Notes: a model not told the origin generated them from the letters alone. Numbered from the stretch's first letter, positions 35,535 to 47,087 are shown. The stretch: 64,000 nucleotides of DNA from Roseicyclus sp. (GCA_018401965.1 JAGYJU010000018.1:26243-90242), one strand, 5' to 3'. Made by a program: numbers and translations.

Positions 35535-36326
35535 TCAGCTGGCGGCGGCGACCGCGCGGCCGGTCATCACCTTGACCAGATGGGCGCGGTAATCGCCCGA
35601 GCCGTGCAGGTCGCTAATCATGGCGCCGGTGGGCGCGGCCAGCCCCTCGATCGCGGCTTTCGAGAAATCGGCGCTCAGCGCCGCCTCGGCCTCGTGCCAG
35701 CGGAACACGCCATCCGATGAGGCGCCGGTGACCGCCACCCGCACGCCATCGGCGTATTTCGCCACGAAGACCCCCACCAGCGCAAAGCGCGACGCGGGTT
35801 GCACGAATTTCTGGTAATTCGCCTTTTGCGGCACCGGGAACCGGACCTCGGTGATGATCTCGCCCTCGTCCAGCGCGGTCTCGAACATGCCTTGGAAATA
35901 GTCGTCGGCGGGGATGTCGCGGGTGTTGGTCTTGATCACCGCGCCCGATCCGAGCGCCGCCGCCGGGTAGCAGGCGGACGGATCGTTGTTGGCGAGGCTG
36001 CCCCCGATGGTGCCGCGGTTGCGCACGGCCGGATCGCCGATATGGCTGGCCAGCGCCGCCAGCGCCGGGTACTGCGCCTGTGCCTCGCGCGCGACGGTGG
36101 CATGCGGCGTGGCGCCGCCGATACAGACCTCGCCCGCCTCATTGACGCAGACCCCGATCATCTCGGGGATCGCGTTGAGACTGACCAGCGTGGCCGGTGC
36201 CGCAAGGCGCTGCTTCATCGTCGGCAACAGCGTCTGGCCACCACCAAGCGCCTGCGCTTCTTCGCCCGCAAGGGCCTCGACCGCCTCTGCGATGGTCGCG
36301 GGCTTGGCGAATTCGAAATTATACAT
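35535..36326 (-). CDS. coxM: Molybdenum hydroxylase FAD subunit (CoxM-like)
   Basis: GGGQTLLP and IGDPAVRNRGTIGGS motifs. Confidence 0.88.
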   Translation of the reverse strand: MYNFEFAKPATIAEAVEALAGEEAQALGGGQTLLPTMKQRLAAPATLVSLNAIPEMIGVCVNEAGEVCIGGATPHATVAREAQAQYPALAALASHIGDPAVRNRGTIGGSLANNDPSACYPAAALGSGAVIKTNTRDIPADDYFQGMFETALDEGEIITEVRFPVPQKANYQKFVQPASRFALVGVFVAKYADGVRVAVTGASSDGVFRWHEAEAALSADFSKAAIEGLAAPTGAMISDLHGSGDYRAHLVKVMTGRAVAAAS

Positions 36327-36352
36327 CTGACTTCCTCCCGAAGGGTCCCGCC

Positions 36353-36402
36353 CTTCTTCGTTTTCCAAATATCCCGGGGGGTCAGGGGGCAGAGCCCCCC
36401 TG
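36353..36402 (+). repeat. Dispersed CTTC-core element (subtype C) with hairpin
   Basis: CTTCTTCGTTTTCCAAATATCCCGGGGGG..CAGGGGGCAGAGCCCCCCTG. Confidence 0.8.
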
Positions 36403-36414
36403 CCACCGGAGCCG

Positions 36415-38781
36415 TCAGCCCTGCATCGCCGACCAGACGCGCGCGGGCGTCAGGGGCATGTCGATATGGGCCACATGGGTCATGCCGCCCCGGTGCAACG
36501 CGTCGATCACGGCGTTGACCACGGCAGGCGGCGACCCGATCGCCCCTGCCTCGCCACAGCCCTTCACACCCAGCGGGTTATGGGTGCAGGGCGTGACGCA
36601 GGAATGATCCACCTGGTAAAAGGGCACGTCATCGGCGCGCGGCATGGCGTAATCCATGTAGCTGGCCGACAAAAGCTGCCCGTTCTCGTCATAGCTGACA
36701 TTTTCCAAAAGCGCCTGCCCGATGCCCTGCGCCAACCCGCCATGCACCTGGCCCGACACGATCATCGGGTTGATCACATTGCCGAAATCATCGGCTGCGG
36801 CAAAGGAACAGATCCGGACCTTGCCGGTATCGGGGTCGATTTCCACCTCGCAGGCATAGGCGCCGGCGGGGTAGGTAAAGTTGTTGGGATCGTAAAAGGC
36901 GGTTTCCTCCAGCCCCGGTTCCAACTCTGTCAGCGGGTAGTTGTGCGGCACATAGGCCGCCAGCGTCACATCCCCCCAGGCGACCGATTTATCGGTGCCC
37001 GCAACGGTGAACTGGCCATCTTTCAGCTCGATATCGCTGTCGGAGGCTTCCAGCAGATGCGCCGCGATCTTCTTGGCCTTGTTGATGATCTTCTCGGTCG
37101 CCCGCACCATGGCCGACCCGCCCACCGCGATGGAGCGCGACCCGTAGGTGCCCATGCCCATCGGCGTGTTGGCGGTGTCACCATGCACGATTTCCACCTG
37201 CGCCTCGGGCACGCCGATCATGTCGGCCACGACTTGGGCAAAGGATGTCTCGTGCCCCTGCCCATGGCTGTGGCTGCCGGTCATCACCACGATGCCGCCG
37301 GTCGCATTGACCCGCACGGTGGCGGATTCATACAGCCCCGCCCGCGCGCCCAGTTGCCCGACCAGCGCCGAGGGCGCGATGCCGCAAGCCTCGATGTAGC
37401 AATTGATGCCAAGCCCGCGCAGCTTGCCATCGGCCTTGGATTTGGCCGCCCGCGCCTCGAACCCGTCGCGGTCGATCATCTCCAACAGCTTGTCCATCGT
37501 GGCGTGGTAATCGCCGGTGTCATATTCCACCGCCACCGGCGTGGCATAGGGGAATTGGGTCACGAAATTCTGCCGCCGCAGATCGACCGGGTCGACGCCC
37601 AATTCGCGCGCCGCCTTGTCCACCAGCCGTTCCAGCTGATAGGTCGCCTCGGGCCGCCCCGCACCGCGATAGGCATCGACCGGCACGGTGTTGGTAAAGA
37701 CCGCCTTGACGTTGACGTAAATCAGCGGGGTCTTGTAGTTCCCCGCCATCAGCGTGCCATGCAGCCATGTCGGCACCGAGGGCGCAAAGGTCGACAGGTA
37801 GGCGCCCATGTTGGCGTAGGTTTCGGTGCGCAGCGCGGTAAAGTTGTTCTCCGCATCCAGCGCCAGTTCGATCTTGGTCACGTGATCGCGGCCATGCGCG
37901 TCGGTGATGAAGGCCTCGGACCGCGAACAGGTCCATTTCACCGGGCGGCGGATCTGTTTGGCGGCAAAGGTGCAGAAGGCTTCTTCGGCATAGTGGAAAA
38001 TCTTCGACCCGAAGCCGCCGCCGACATCGGGGGCCACCACGCGCAGCTTGTGTTCTGGAATGCCCAGCACAAAGGCCCCCATCAACAGCCGGATCACATG
38101 CGGATTCTGGCTGGTGGTATAGAGCGTGCTGTCATCGGTGCCGGCGTTGTAATCGCCCACCGCCACGCGCGGTTCCATCGCGTTGGGCGACAGGCGGTTG
38201 TTGACCAGTTCCAGCGTGGTGACATGCGCGGCGCGGGCAAAGGCCTCGTCCACCGCGCCCTTGTTTTCCTCGACGAACCCCCAGTCATAGCACAGGTTGC
38301 TGGTCAGATCGTCATGCACCTTGGGCGCATCGGCCGACAGCGCCTTTTTCATGTCGACCACGGCGGGCAGCTCTTCGATGTCCAGCACGATGGCCTCGGC
38401 GGCATTGCGCGCCTGCGCGGCGGTTTCGGCCACCACGGCGGCGATCGGGTCGCCCACGTGGCGCACCTTGCCCTGTGCCAGGACCGGGTGGGCGGGTTCC
38501 TGCATCGGGTTGCCGTGCCGGTCGGTCACCTGCCAGCCGCAGGGCAGACCGCCCACGCCTTCGAAATCCTTGCCGGTAAAGATGCGGACCACGCCGGGCA
38601 TCGCCTCGGCCGCGCTGGTGTCGACCTTGTGCAACCGCCCATGCGCCACGTCAGAGCGCAGGAAATGCACATAGGTCTGTCCGTGCAGGTTGATATCATC
38701 GGTATACCGGCCGCGACCGGTCAGAAACCGAACGTCTTCGCGCCGCTTGCTGCTGGCGCCGATGCCATGATCCTTGGGCAT
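36415..38781 (-). CDS. coxL: Molybdenum hydroxylase large subunit, form II CoxL-like
   Basis: [16 protein letters not shown] (form II signature), HGQGHET, GQVHGG and KGCGEAG motifs. Confidence 0.9.
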   Translation of the reverse strand: MPKDHGIGASSKRREDVRFLTGRGRYTDDINLHGQTYVHFLRSDVAHGRLHKVDTSAAEAMPGVVRIFTGKDFEGVGGLPCGWQVTDRHGNPMQEPAHPVLAQGKVRHVGDPIAAVVAETAAQARNAAEAIVLDIEELPAVVDMKKALSADAPKVHDDLTSNLCYDWGFVEENKGAVDEAFARAAHVTTLELVNNRLSPNAMEPRVAVGDYNAGTDDSTLYTTSQNPHVIRLLMGAFVLGIPEHKLRVVAPDVGGGFGSKIFHYAEEAFCTFAAKQIRRPVKWTCSRSEAFITDAHGRDHVTKIELALDAENNFTALRTETYANMGAYLSTFAPSVPTWLHGTLMAGNYKTPLIYVNVKAVFTNTVPVDAYRGAGRPEATYQLERLVDKAARELGVDPVDLRRQNFVTQFPYATPVAVEYDTGDYHATMDKLLEMIDRDGFEARAAKSKADGKLRGLGINCYIEACGIAPSALVGQLGARAGLYESATVRVNATGGIVVMTGSHSHGQGHETSFAQVVADMIGVPEAQVEIVHGDTANTPMGMGTYGSRSIAVGGSAMVRATEKIINKAKKIAAHLLEASDSDIELKDGQFTVAGTDKSVAWGDVTLAAYVPHNYPLTELEPGLEETAFYDPNNFTYPAGAYACEVEIDPDTGKVRICSFAAADDFGNVINPMIVSGQVHGGLAQGIGQALLENVSYDENGQLLSASYMDYAMPRADDVPFYQVDHSCVTPCTHNPLGVKGCGEAGAIGSPPAVVNAVIDALHRGGMTHVAHIDMPLTPARVWSAMQG

Positions 38782-38916
38782 GGTCGTCCTCCCTTGATGA
38801 CGATGCACCCTGGCCCACCACCATAGGAGGCCTTGGGGCAAGGGCGCGCAGGCGTGCCCTTCATCTTTCCCTGGTTGTGCGAAACCCGGCCCGCCTCCCC
38901 GCGGACCGGGCCGGGG

Positions 38917-39402
<486 letters not shown>

Positions 39403-39600
39403 TCAAATCCTCCCTCGGTTATGCGACTATCCAATCACCAAATGCGCGAAACGCAAACGGTAAATTTAGCGCTTTCGCGCAATCATCCGGGCAGGGGGAA
39501 AAGCCGCACCCACGGCCTGCACGGGCCGCGCCCAAACCGTGCCCAAACCGCGCACTGGCCATGCACGGGCCATGCACGGGCCGCGGGCACGATGTTCGGA

Positions 39601-40626
39601 TCAGGCCGGATCGGGCTTTCGGGCGCGCGAATCACGTGGCTGCGGACGCGTAGGAATTTCCTTGAGCAATCCCCCCACCCCCATCGCCGCGATGTCATCG
39701 GCCCCGACCGCCACGCCGCAGGCGACGCGTTCCAGCACCCAGTCCGCGCCGTTCAACGCCGGCGACCGCGCACAGCCCGGCAGGCCGATCACCGGGCGCG
39801 CGCCCACCCGTCCCAGCACCAACAGGTTGCCCGGATCGACCGGCATGCCAAATCGCGTCACCGTGCCCCCCGCAGCCACCAGCCCGGCAGGCATCACATC
39901 CCCGATATCCGACGTGGCCGAGGCGGTCAGAACCAGCACCATGTCGGCCGGGCAGGCCGCGATTGCCGCGCAGATGGCGCCCGTGTCATGCGCCACGATC
40001 CGCGTCTGACCCTGCGACAGGCCCAGCCGCGCCACCCGCGCCCAGACCGCGCGCACCCCCTTGTCCTCGGGGCTGGCGCCCCCCGGCGCGGTTTCCGTCA
40101 CGATCAGGTCGACGGTCCCGATGACCGGGGCCAGGCGCCGCATCGCCGCCGCCCCCGCCGCACAGGCCCGCGTCAGCGCCGCGTCAGCCACGGCATAGGA
40201 AATGATCTTGACCGTGCCGACCATCATGCCCTCGGTCACGCGGCACAAGGGTGGCACCGTGGCCAGCGTGATCATCGGATCGACCGCGTTCAGCGCCGTG
40301 ATGGCGGCCACATCGAGCGCGATCACCCCCGGCCCGGTGGCCCGGATGTTCACCCGCCCGGTGAACGGCGCCTCAACGCGCAGACCCGCCGCGCCGGGGT
40401 CGGGCACAAGCGCCGCCGCCAGCCGCGCGGCCGCCGCATCCTCGCCCAGATCACCCGGATCAAGCCGCGCCACGATCACCTGCGCCAGGCCCGCGGCCTG
40501 CAAGGCCAAGAGGTCGCCCGCCTCCAGCACGCGGCCCTTCTTCAGCTTGCCCCCCCCCGGCAAACCGACCGCATGGGCCAGAACCGCGCCCAGCGCCTGC
40601 GCCACGGGAACCGGCCCGAACCTCAT
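39601..40626 (-). CDS. Molybdopterin-binding (MoeA/MogA-like) accessory protein
   Basis: FTGRVN, TVKII, FGMPVDPGNLL and GLPGCARSP motifs. Confidence 0.85.
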   Translation of the reverse strand: MRFGPVPVAQALGAVLAHAVGLPGGGKLKKGRVLEAGDLLALQAAGLAQVIVARLDPGDLGEDAAAARLAAALVPDPGAAGLRVEAPFTGRVNIRATGPGVIALDVAAITALNAVDPMITLATVPPLCRVTEGMMVGTVKIISYAVADAALTRACAAGAAAMRRLAPVIGTVDLIVTETAPGGASPEDKGVRAVWARVARLGLSQGQTRIVAHDTGAICAAIAACPADMVLVLTASATSDIGDVMPAGLVAAGGTVTRFGMPVDPGNLLVLGRVGARPVIGLPGCARSPALNGADWVLERVACGVAVGADDIAAMGVGGLLKEIPTRPQPRDSRARKPDPA

Positions 40627-41594
40627 CCCTTGCGCAGCGTCCGGGTGATTTCGGCCAGGATCGACACCGCGATTTCCGCCGGCCCCCGCGCGCCGATATC
40701 AAGGCCGACGGGCGCGTGGATGCGCGCGATATCGTCTTGCGAAAACCCGGCCTCCATCAGGCGGGTAACCCGCTTGGCATGGGTCCGCGTCGACCCGAGG
40801 CAGCCCAGATAGGCGACATCGGACCCAAGCGCGGCCCGGATCGCGGGATCATCCAGCTTGGGATCATGGGTCAGGGTCACCACGACGGTGCGCGCGTCCA
40901 GCCCAAGCGCCGCCAGCGCCTCATCGGGCCAATCCTCGATGATCTCCACATCCGGGAACCGCGCCGCCGCGCCAAAAGCCGGGCGCGGGTCGATCACGCG
41001 CACGTCATGGCCCAGCATCCGCGCCATCGGTGCCAGCGCCTGCGCGATATGAACCGCCCCCACGATCACCATGCGCAGGCCGGGGTTGTGGACATGCACG
41101 AAATGGCGCCCGTCCTCCTCGACCCCGGACCGATCCAGCCGGAACCGCTCCGCCCAGTTGCCCGGCCCGTCCAGCCGTCGCGCGCCGCCGTCCAGATCGA
41201 CGACATAGGCCACGGGCTGGCGCGCCGCCCGCGCCGCCACCAGCTGTTCCAGCAGCGCCACGGGCAGCGCGCCGCCCACCGGTTCCAGCAAGATGCGGAT
41301 GCGCCCGCCACAGGCCAGCCCGACAGCAAAGGCCGCGTCATCCGACACCCCGAATTCCAGCAGCTTGGCCGCGCCTTGGCCCACCAGCTCCATCGCCTCG
41401 ACCACCACCGCGCCCTCGACGCAGCCGCCCGACACCGATCCTTCCATCTCGCCCGCGCCCGACACGACCATCTGCGCGCCCACCGCGCGCGGCGCCGATC
41501 CCCAGGTCTCGATCACCGTGGCCAGGACCGCGCCGCGCCCCGCGCGGTGCCAATCCAGCGCCAGTTCCGGCATGTTTTCCAGGTCACCCACCAT
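40623..41594 (-). CDS. XdhC/CoxF family accessory protein
   Basis: TWGSAPR, GSVSGGCVE, GLACGG, THDPKLD and PVGLDIGA motifs. Confidence 0.92.
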   Translation of the reverse strand: MVGDLENMPELALDWHRAGRGAVLATVIETWGSAPRAVGAQMVVSGAGEMEGSVSGGCVEGAVVVEAMELVGQGAAKLLEFGVSDDAAFAVGLACGGRIRILLEPVGGALPVALLEQLVAARAARQPVAYVVDLDGGARRLDGPGNWAERFRLDRSGVEEDGRHFVHVHNPGLRMVIVGAVHIAQALAPMARMLGHDVRVIDPRPAFGAAARFPDVEIIEDWPDEALAALGLDARTVVVTLTHDPKLDDPAIRAALGSDVAYLGCLGSTRTHAKRVTRLMEAGFSQDDIARIHAPVGLDIGARGPAEIAVSILAEITRTLRKG

Positions 41595-41648
41595 CTTGCA
41601 TCCTCCCTGCCGGCCAGCTTAGCGCGCCCGGCCAAGCCCAGATAGCCC

Positions 41649-41710
41649 CTTCACCTTGGCCGGAAAACTCCGGTGGGCGTCGCCAAGGGCGACGGGGGGC
41701 AGCGCCCCCC
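41649..41710 (+). repeat. Dispersed CTTC-core element (subtype B) with two hairpins
   Basis: CTTCACCTTGGCCGGAAAACTCCGG..CGTCGCC/GGCGACG..GGGGGGCAGCGCCCCCC. Confidence 0.85.
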
Positions 41711-41747
41711 ACCCGGCCGCGCCACGGCACAGGACCCGGGCCATGGT

Positions 41748-43010
41748 TCACCGCTCGGCCATGAGGCGCATCAGCCGCGCCTTTTCGCCCGCATCGCCGG
41801 GCCGCGACAGCGCCTCGGCCAGGCCTTGCAGCGCCGCGATGTTGTGGCCCGCGCGAAACGTGTCGACATGGGGCAGGATGGCGCGGATACCGGCGGCCTT
41901 GGGGGCAAAGCCTTCCCAGCGGAGCAGCGGGTTGATCCAGATCACCCGGCGCGCCGACAGCTGCAACCGTTCCATCGCCGCCTCCAGCCGGTCGGGCGCG
42001 TCGCGATCCAGCCCATCGGTGATGAGCAAGACCACCGCCCCCTGCCCCAGCACGCGCCGCGACCAGTCGCGGTTGAAGCCTTCCAGACAGGCGCCGATCC
42101 GCGTGCCGCCTTCCCAATCCTGCGCCTCGGCGCCAGCCGCTTTCAGCGCGGCATCCACGTCACGCTGGGCCAGGTGCCGGGTGATGTTGGTCAGCCGCGT
42201 GCCAAAGGTAAAGGCATGCACCCGCGCCCAACCCGCGCCCTTTTCATTGGCCACCGCGTGCAGGAAATGCAGCACCGCGCGGCTATAGGCCGACATCGAC
42301 CCCGAGATATCGCAAAGCGCTACCAGCGCCGGCCAGCGGGAGCGGCGCGCCTTGCGGGCAAACTCGGTGATCTCGCCGCCCCGCGACAGGCCCGCGCGCA
42401 TCGTGCGCCGCCAATCGGGGCGCGTGCCGCGCAAGGCGGCCTCGGTGCGGCGGCTTTGCAACGGCGGCACCGCAAGGCTGAGACGCGCGATGATGCGCTT
42501 GGCCTCGGCCATCTCGGCCAGCGACATCTGCTCGAAGTCGAGCGTCTTCAACCGCTCTTCGCGGCTCATCGTCAGGCTGGCGTCGATCTCGATCTCGGTG
42601 CCCTGGTCCTGCGCCTCGGGCAGGTCGGGCGCGGGGCGGTCGACGCCATGCAGCAAGGCCTCGGCGGCGCGGCGTTCGGCGGCGCGCAGCACCCGGTCCT
42701 CGGCCACGCCGCGCACCTGTGGTGTCAGGATCGACATCATGTGTTCCAGATAGCGCGGGTCGCGCCAATACAGCCGGAACAGCTGATCATAGAGCGCCCG
42801 ATGTTCGGGGCGCGACACGAAACAGGCCATCAACGTGTGGTAGAAATCGGCGCGGTTGGTAAAGCCCGCCGCCTCGACCGCCCGGATCGCATCGGCCACG
42901 CGCCCCGGCCCCGCAGGCAATCCCGCCACGCGCAGGGCACGGGCGAAATGGGTGATGTTGGTCACCAGCTGCGGATCATCGGGCAGCGTCAGGGGCGCGT
43001 GTTCGACCAT
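41748..43010 (-). CDS. coxE: VWA domain protein CoxE
   Basis: DISGSM, FTFGTRL, W.GGTRIG, ITDGLD and IWINPL motifs. Confidence 0.9.
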   Translation of the reverse strand: MVEHAPLTLPDDPQLVTNITHFARALRVAGLPAGPGRVADAIRAVEAAGFTNRADFYHTLMACFVSRPEHRALYDQLFRLYWRDPRYLEHMMSILTPQVRGVAEDRVLRAAERRAAEALLHGVDRPAPDLPEAQDQGTEIEIDASLTMSREERLKTLDFEQMSLAEMAEAKRIIARLSLAVPPLQSRRTEAALRGTRPDWRRTMRAGLSRGGEITEFARKARRSRWPALVALCDISGSMSAYSRAVLHFLHAVANEKGAGWARVHAFTFGTRLTNITRHLAQRDVDAALKAAGAEAQDWEGGTRIGACLEGFNRDWSRRVLGQGAVVLLITDGLDRDAPDRLEAAMERLQLSARRVIWINPLLRWEGFAPKAAGIRAILPHVDTFRAGHNIAALQGLAEALSRPGDAGEKARLMRLMAER

Positions 43011-43068
43011 GCCGCCACCAAACAGCGCCCCCGGCCCGGGCGTCAAGGCCGGGGGCGTCCGACCGGGA

Positions 43069-43566
43069 TCAATAATCGTATTCGGTGACGATCAATTGTG
43101 CCGGGTTGTTCGACGATTGCTGATAGCTGCCGGTCCAGATGTCATATTGGCCCGACATCGGGTTGGTGAAGACCACGGCGGAATTGAAGCCGCGGTAATC
43201 GTCGTTGAAATGCCACGACCCGTCGGGCGCGTTCACCAGCAACACCGGGTCCACCCCCGAGCGCGATTCCAGCGCAAAGGTCAGCCGCCCGGTGGGCGAG
43301 GCGCCGTTGTAGAACAGCCGGAAATCGGGCCGCGTCACGACATAGCCATAGGCCCCGCTGATGCAGCGTGACAGGTCGACCCGGCCGCCCGCCGTCAGGT
43401 TGCGGATATAGGGGTCAGGCATGAAGCCGCCGCTCAACGACGCCGATCCAAAGACGGTCGGGTTGTTGTAGGATGGGCAGGATTGTGCCTGCGCGCCCCC
43501 CGCCGCCGCCATGGACGCGACAATCACGGCCCCAAGCGCCGCCAAAACATGTTTGAGACGTGCCAT
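43069..43566 (-). CDS. Secreted protein with PPC-like beta domain, paralog 2
   Basis: Signal peptide (AQA); GF.PDP, PDF, LLVNAPDG.W..NDD and GQYD.W.GS motifs. Confidence 0.8.
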   Translation of the reverse strand: MARLKHVLAALGAVIVASMAAAGGAQAQSCPSYNNPTVFGSASLSGGFMPDPYIRNLTAGGRVDLSRCISGAYGYVVTRPDFRLFYNGASPTGRLTFALESRSGVDPVLLVNAPDGSWHFNDDYRGFNSAVVFTNPMSGQYDIWTGSYQQSSNNPAQLIVTEYDY

Positions 43567-43628
43567 CGAAAATCCCTCGCTTATCGTTGGTATTGCCGAA
43601 AATTAAGCGTCAAATCGCGCACCCTGTC

Positions 43629-43665
43629 AAAAAAGCCGCGCATCCCCCTGGGAAGGCGCGGCTTT
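43629..43665 (-). terminator. Terminator between the two paralogs
   Basis: AAAGCCGCG...CGCGGCTTTTTT on the minus strand. Confidence 0.75.
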
Positions 43666-43704
43666 ATGGTCACACCGCCAGGACGGCGGCGGCGATCACC
43701 TGGT

Positions 43705-44202
43705 TCAATACGCGTATTCGGTCACCACCAGAACGGCCGGATTGTTGGACGAGGGCGTGTAGCTGCCGGTCCAGACATCATATTGGCCCGCCAGCGGCGC
43801 GGAAAACACCACCGCCGAATTCAGGTCCCGGTAATCATCGTTGAAATGCCATGACCCATCGGGGGCATTGACCAACAAGACGGTATCCACGTTCGACTGC
43901 GCCTCGAGCGCGAAGGTCAACGTGCCGGTGGGCGAAGACCCGTTGTAGAACAGCCGGAAATCGGGCCGTGTCACCACGAAGCCCGACCATTGGCCACCGG
44001 TGCAGCCCGAGAGGTCGACCGTGCCGCCCGCCGTCAGGTTGACCAGATAGGGATCGGGCACGAAGCCCGCATTCAGCGACGCCGACCCGAAGACGGTCGG
44101 ATTGTTATAAGAAGGACACGCCTGCGCCGCGCCAAAGGCGGCAAAAGACAAAGCCATGGCCGCGCCGAACGCGGTCACAAACTGGGGCATACGGGCCATC
44201 AT
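43705..44202 (-). CDS. Secreted protein with PPC-like beta domain, paralog 1
   Basis: Same length (165 aa) and long identical blocks with 43069..43566. Confidence 0.8.
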   Translation of the reverse strand: MMARMPQFVTAFGAAMALSFAAFGAAQACPSYNNPTVFGSASLNAGFVPDPYLVNLTAGGTVDLSGCTGGQWSGFVVTRPDFRLFYNGSSPTGTLTFALEAQSNVDTVLLVNAPDGSWHFNDDYRDLNSAVVFSAPLAGQYDVWTGSYTPSSNNPAVLVVTEYAY

Positions 44203-44309
44203 GACATCCCTATGGGGTTAAGTGCATCGCGTGCCTGCGACGCAAGTCCAGATAAAGCCGAAAAGCCCGCGCCTCGCCAATAGGGAAATCATGGCTGTAA
44301 GCGCTTTTT

Positions 44310-45206
44310 CTAGATCGCCGCCTCTGCCGCGATCTGGTCCAGGATGCGCTTGGCCTCCGACCCTTGCAGCCGCTGGATGTCATCTTGGTATTTCAGGATC
44401 GCCCCCAGCGTGTCGGCGATCACCTCGGGGCTCAGCTCGATCACGTCGAGCGCCAAGAGGCATTTGGCCCAGTCGATGGTTTCGGCCACGCCGGGGCGCT
44501 TGAACAGGTCCTCGGTGCGCAGCTGCTGCACGAACCCCACCACCGCGCGGCTCAGTGCCTGCGATGCCTCGGGCACGCGCGCCGCAAGGATCGCCAGTTC
44601 GCGGTCCAGATCGGGGTAATCAACCCAATGATACAGGCAGCGCCGTTTCAGCGCGTCATGCACCTCGCGCGTGCGGTTCGAGGTCAGGATCACGATCGGC
44701 GGCTCTGGCGCGCGGATCGTGCCCAGTTCCGGGATCGTGACCTGGAAATCGCTCAGCGCTTCCAGCAAGAAGGCTTCGAACGGCTCGTCGGTGCGGTCGA
44801 TCTCGTCGATCAGCAAGACCGGCGCGCCGCCGGCATCGGGGCGCATCGCCTGCAACAAGGGCCGCTCGATCAGGTAATCGCCCGAAAACAGGTCGCGCCG
44901 CAGCGTGTCCTTGTCGGCGCCGCCCTCTGCCTCGGCGGCGCGGATCGCCACCATCTGCGCCGCGAAGTTCCATTCATAGACGGCGCTCGACGCATCCAGG
45001 CCCTCGTAGCATTGCAGCCGGATCAGGCGCCGCCCCAGCGCCGCCGCGATCGCCTTGGCGATTTCCGTCTTGCCGGTGCCCGCCTCGCCTTCGAGAAACA
45101 GGGGCCGCCCCAGGCGCAGCGACAAGAACACCACCGTGGCCAGCGCCCGGCCACAGACATAGCCCTGCGCGCTCAGCGCCGCCTGCACCTCGTCGATGGA
45201 TTGCAT
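44310..45206 (-). CDS. coxD: MoxR family AAA ATPase CoxD
   Basis: GEAGTGKT, RLQCYEG, LLIDEIDR and HDALKRRC motifs. Confidence 0.92.
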   Translation of the reverse strand: MQSIDEVQAALSAQGYVCGRALATVVFLSLRLGRPLFLEGEAGTGKTEIAKAIAAALGRRLIRLQCYEGLDASSAVYEWNFAAQMVAIRAAEAEGGADKDTLRRDLFSGDYLIERPLLQAMRPDAGGAPVLLIDEIDRTDEPFEAFLLEALSDFQVTIPELGTIRAPEPPIVILTSNRTREVHDALKRRCLYHWVDYPDLDRELAILAARVPEASQALSRAVVGFVQQLRTEDLFKRPGVAETIDWAKCLLALDVIELSPEVIADTLGAILKYQDDIQRLQGSEAKRILDQIAAEAAI

Positions 45207-45418
45207 GCCCTGCCCCCGTTCCCTTGCTGCGTCCCTGTGCGCCATCAAGGCCGACCGGGCGACGCCGGTCAAGGCCCCGCGCCACCCGCCAGACGCCACC
45301 GTTTCCAGATCGGAAACGATTTCCCCTTGAATTGCCAAAACGATTTCTCAGCTTTGCCATAGTTTGTCCGCATCTTCCGGCGATACACCGGCCAGACCAC
45401 CCCGCAAGAGTGCATGAC

Positions 45419-46342
45419 ATGACCCCGATTTCCCCCCACGCCCCGCGCGCCGCCGCCTCCGGCCTCAGCCAATCGGGCTGGCTGGATCGGCTCTCGGGCA
45501 TCGGTGACAGCCATGGGTTCTTCGACCGGATCGGCACCGATCACCTGGGGCTTTTCGTGCAAGAGGGCGAAACGCTCCTGATCAGCTTCGACCGTGCCGC
45601 GCGGGTCTTCGCCGAGGAAATCGACGGGCTGCCGCTGGGGTTCGAGGCGGTCCAGAAACGGCAATGGTCGCTGTTGTCGATCTTGTCGCTCGACGATCCG
45701 TGGTTTCGCTCTGCCGAGCTGGTCGCCTTTTTCGACACGCTGGTGCAGACCGGCTTTTTCGACAGTTTCGCACAGGTGATCTTTCTGGGATTCGGCCCGG
45801 CCAACGGCCATGCCGCCTGTGCCTATGCCTCGGCGGCCCCCGGGGCCTCGGTGCTGGCCTCTGCCCCAGCGGCTACGCTTGACCCGGAACTGGCCGGGTT
45901 CGAAACCCGGTTTCACAGCGATCGCAAACGCGATTTCAGCCGCTACGGCGATGCCCCCGGCCTGATCGGCACCGCGCGCGACGTGGTGATCCTGTTCGAT
46001 CCGACCGATGCCGTGTCCTGTGCCCATGCCGGCCAGTTTCGCGGCCCCCAGGTCACCCGCGCGCCGCTGCGCTTCACGGGCCCGGCCCCGCATCGGCTGA
46101 TCCGGGCGGGCGGGCTGCTCGTGCCCTTGCTGCGCGCGCTGGCCAATGGCCGCCTGACCCGCGCCCGTGTCGCCGAAGCCATCCGCCCGGTCCGGCGCAC
46201 GGAGGCCGACCACCTGTGGCGCCTGGTCCAGATCGCGCGGTCCAAGGGCCAGGTGGCGCGCGCCTTGCGCCTGGCCGAACTTGGCCTCGATGTCACCGGC
46301 GATCTGCGCTTCACGGAACCGGCATCGGCGCGCGCGTCATAA
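45419..46342 (+). CDS. Conserved hypothetical protein, possibly alpha/beta-hydrolase-like
   Basis: LLISFD, WFR, GFFD.F..V.F.G, HAACAY and P.ATL.P motifs; typical codon usage. Confidence 0.6.
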   Translation: MTPISPHAPRAAASGLSQSGWLDRLSGIGDSHGFFDRIGTDHLGLFVQEGETLLISFDRAARVFAEEIDGLPLGFEAVQKRQWSLLSILSLDDPWFRSAELVAFFDTLVQTGFFDSFAQVIFLGFGPANGHAACAYASAAPGASVLASAPAATLDPELAGFETRFHSDRKRDFSRYGDAPGLIGTARDVVILFDPTDAVSCAHAGQFRGPQVTRAPLRFTGPAPHRLIRAGGLLVPLLRALANGRLTRARVAEAIRPVRRTEADHLWRLVQIARSKGQVARALRLAELGLDVTGDLRFTEPASARAS

Positions 46343-46948
46343 GCCGCCCGCCGATTTCACGAAGGCCACCACCGCCTCCACCCCCACCCCCTGCCGGAGC
46401 GAGGCCATCACGAAAGGGCGCGCGCCCCGCGCGGCACGGGCATCGGCCTCCAGCAAATCCGGGTCGACCCCCACATGGGGCGCCAGGTCGATCTTGTTGA
46501 CCACCAGCAAATCCGACCGCGTGACCCCCGGCCCCTTCTTGCGCGGAATGTCCTGCCCCGCCGCCGTGTCGATGACATACAGCGTCAGGTCGGCCAGTTC
46601 CGGCGAAAAGGTGGCGGCCAGGTTGTCACCGCCCGATTCGATGAAGATCACGTCAAGATCGGGAATGCGCGCCCGAAACGCGGCCACCGCCGCAAGGTTG
46701 ATCGAGGCATCTTCCCGGATCGCGGTATGCGGGCAGCCGCCGGTTTCCACCCCCATGATCCGCTCGGCGGGCAAGACCTGCGCCCGCAACAGGAACTCCG
46801 CATCCTCCGAGGTATAGATGTCATTGGTGATGACCGCGACGGAATACTCCGCCGCCATCGCCCGGCAGAGCCGTTCTGTCAGGGTGGTCTTGCCCGCCCC
46901 GACCGGCCCGCCGATCCCTACCCGCAACGGCCCGTTGACGCTTGCCAT
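46337..46948 (-). CDS. ureG: Urease accessory GTPase
   Basis: [23 protein letters not shown] and NKID motifs. Confidence 0.97.
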   Translation of the reverse strand: MASVNGPLRVGIGGPVGAGKTTLTERLCRAMAAEYSVAVITNDIYTSEDAEFLLRAQVLPAERIMGVETGGCPHTAIREDASINLAAVAAFRARIPDLDVIFIESGGDNLAATFSPELADLTLYVIDTAAGQDIPRKKGPGVTRSDLLVVNKIDLAPHVGVDPDLLEADARAARGARPFVMASLRQGVGVEAVVAFVKSAGGL

Positions 46949-46970
46949 GCTCTTGCCTCCTTCATGTTTC

Positions 46971-47061
46971 ATCAAGGTTAACGCGCGCGCCCCCCCGCGC
47001 CCCTTCATCTTGGCCGGAAAACTCCGGGGGGGGCGCGGAACGCGACGGGGGCAGAGCCCCC
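46971..47061 (+). repeat. Dispersed CTTC-core element (subtype B) with AAGGTTAACGCGC leader module
   Basis: ATCAAGGTTAACGCGC..CTTCATCTTGGCCGGAAAACTCCGGGG..GGGGGCAGAGCCCCC. Confidence 0.85.
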
Positions 47062-47087
47062 GCGGCCCATGCCATCCCGCCAGACCC

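Noticed and set aside
36466-38826. Long antisense ORFs (this one, 3820..5637, 20539..22743, 27758..29518 and others)
   Set aside because: Shadow ORFs expected from high-GC codon bias opposite real genes; no recognisable motifs
38858-38880. CTTCATCTTTCCC resembling the repeat core
   Set aside because: Only the first half matches; the AAATA/AAAAC half is absent
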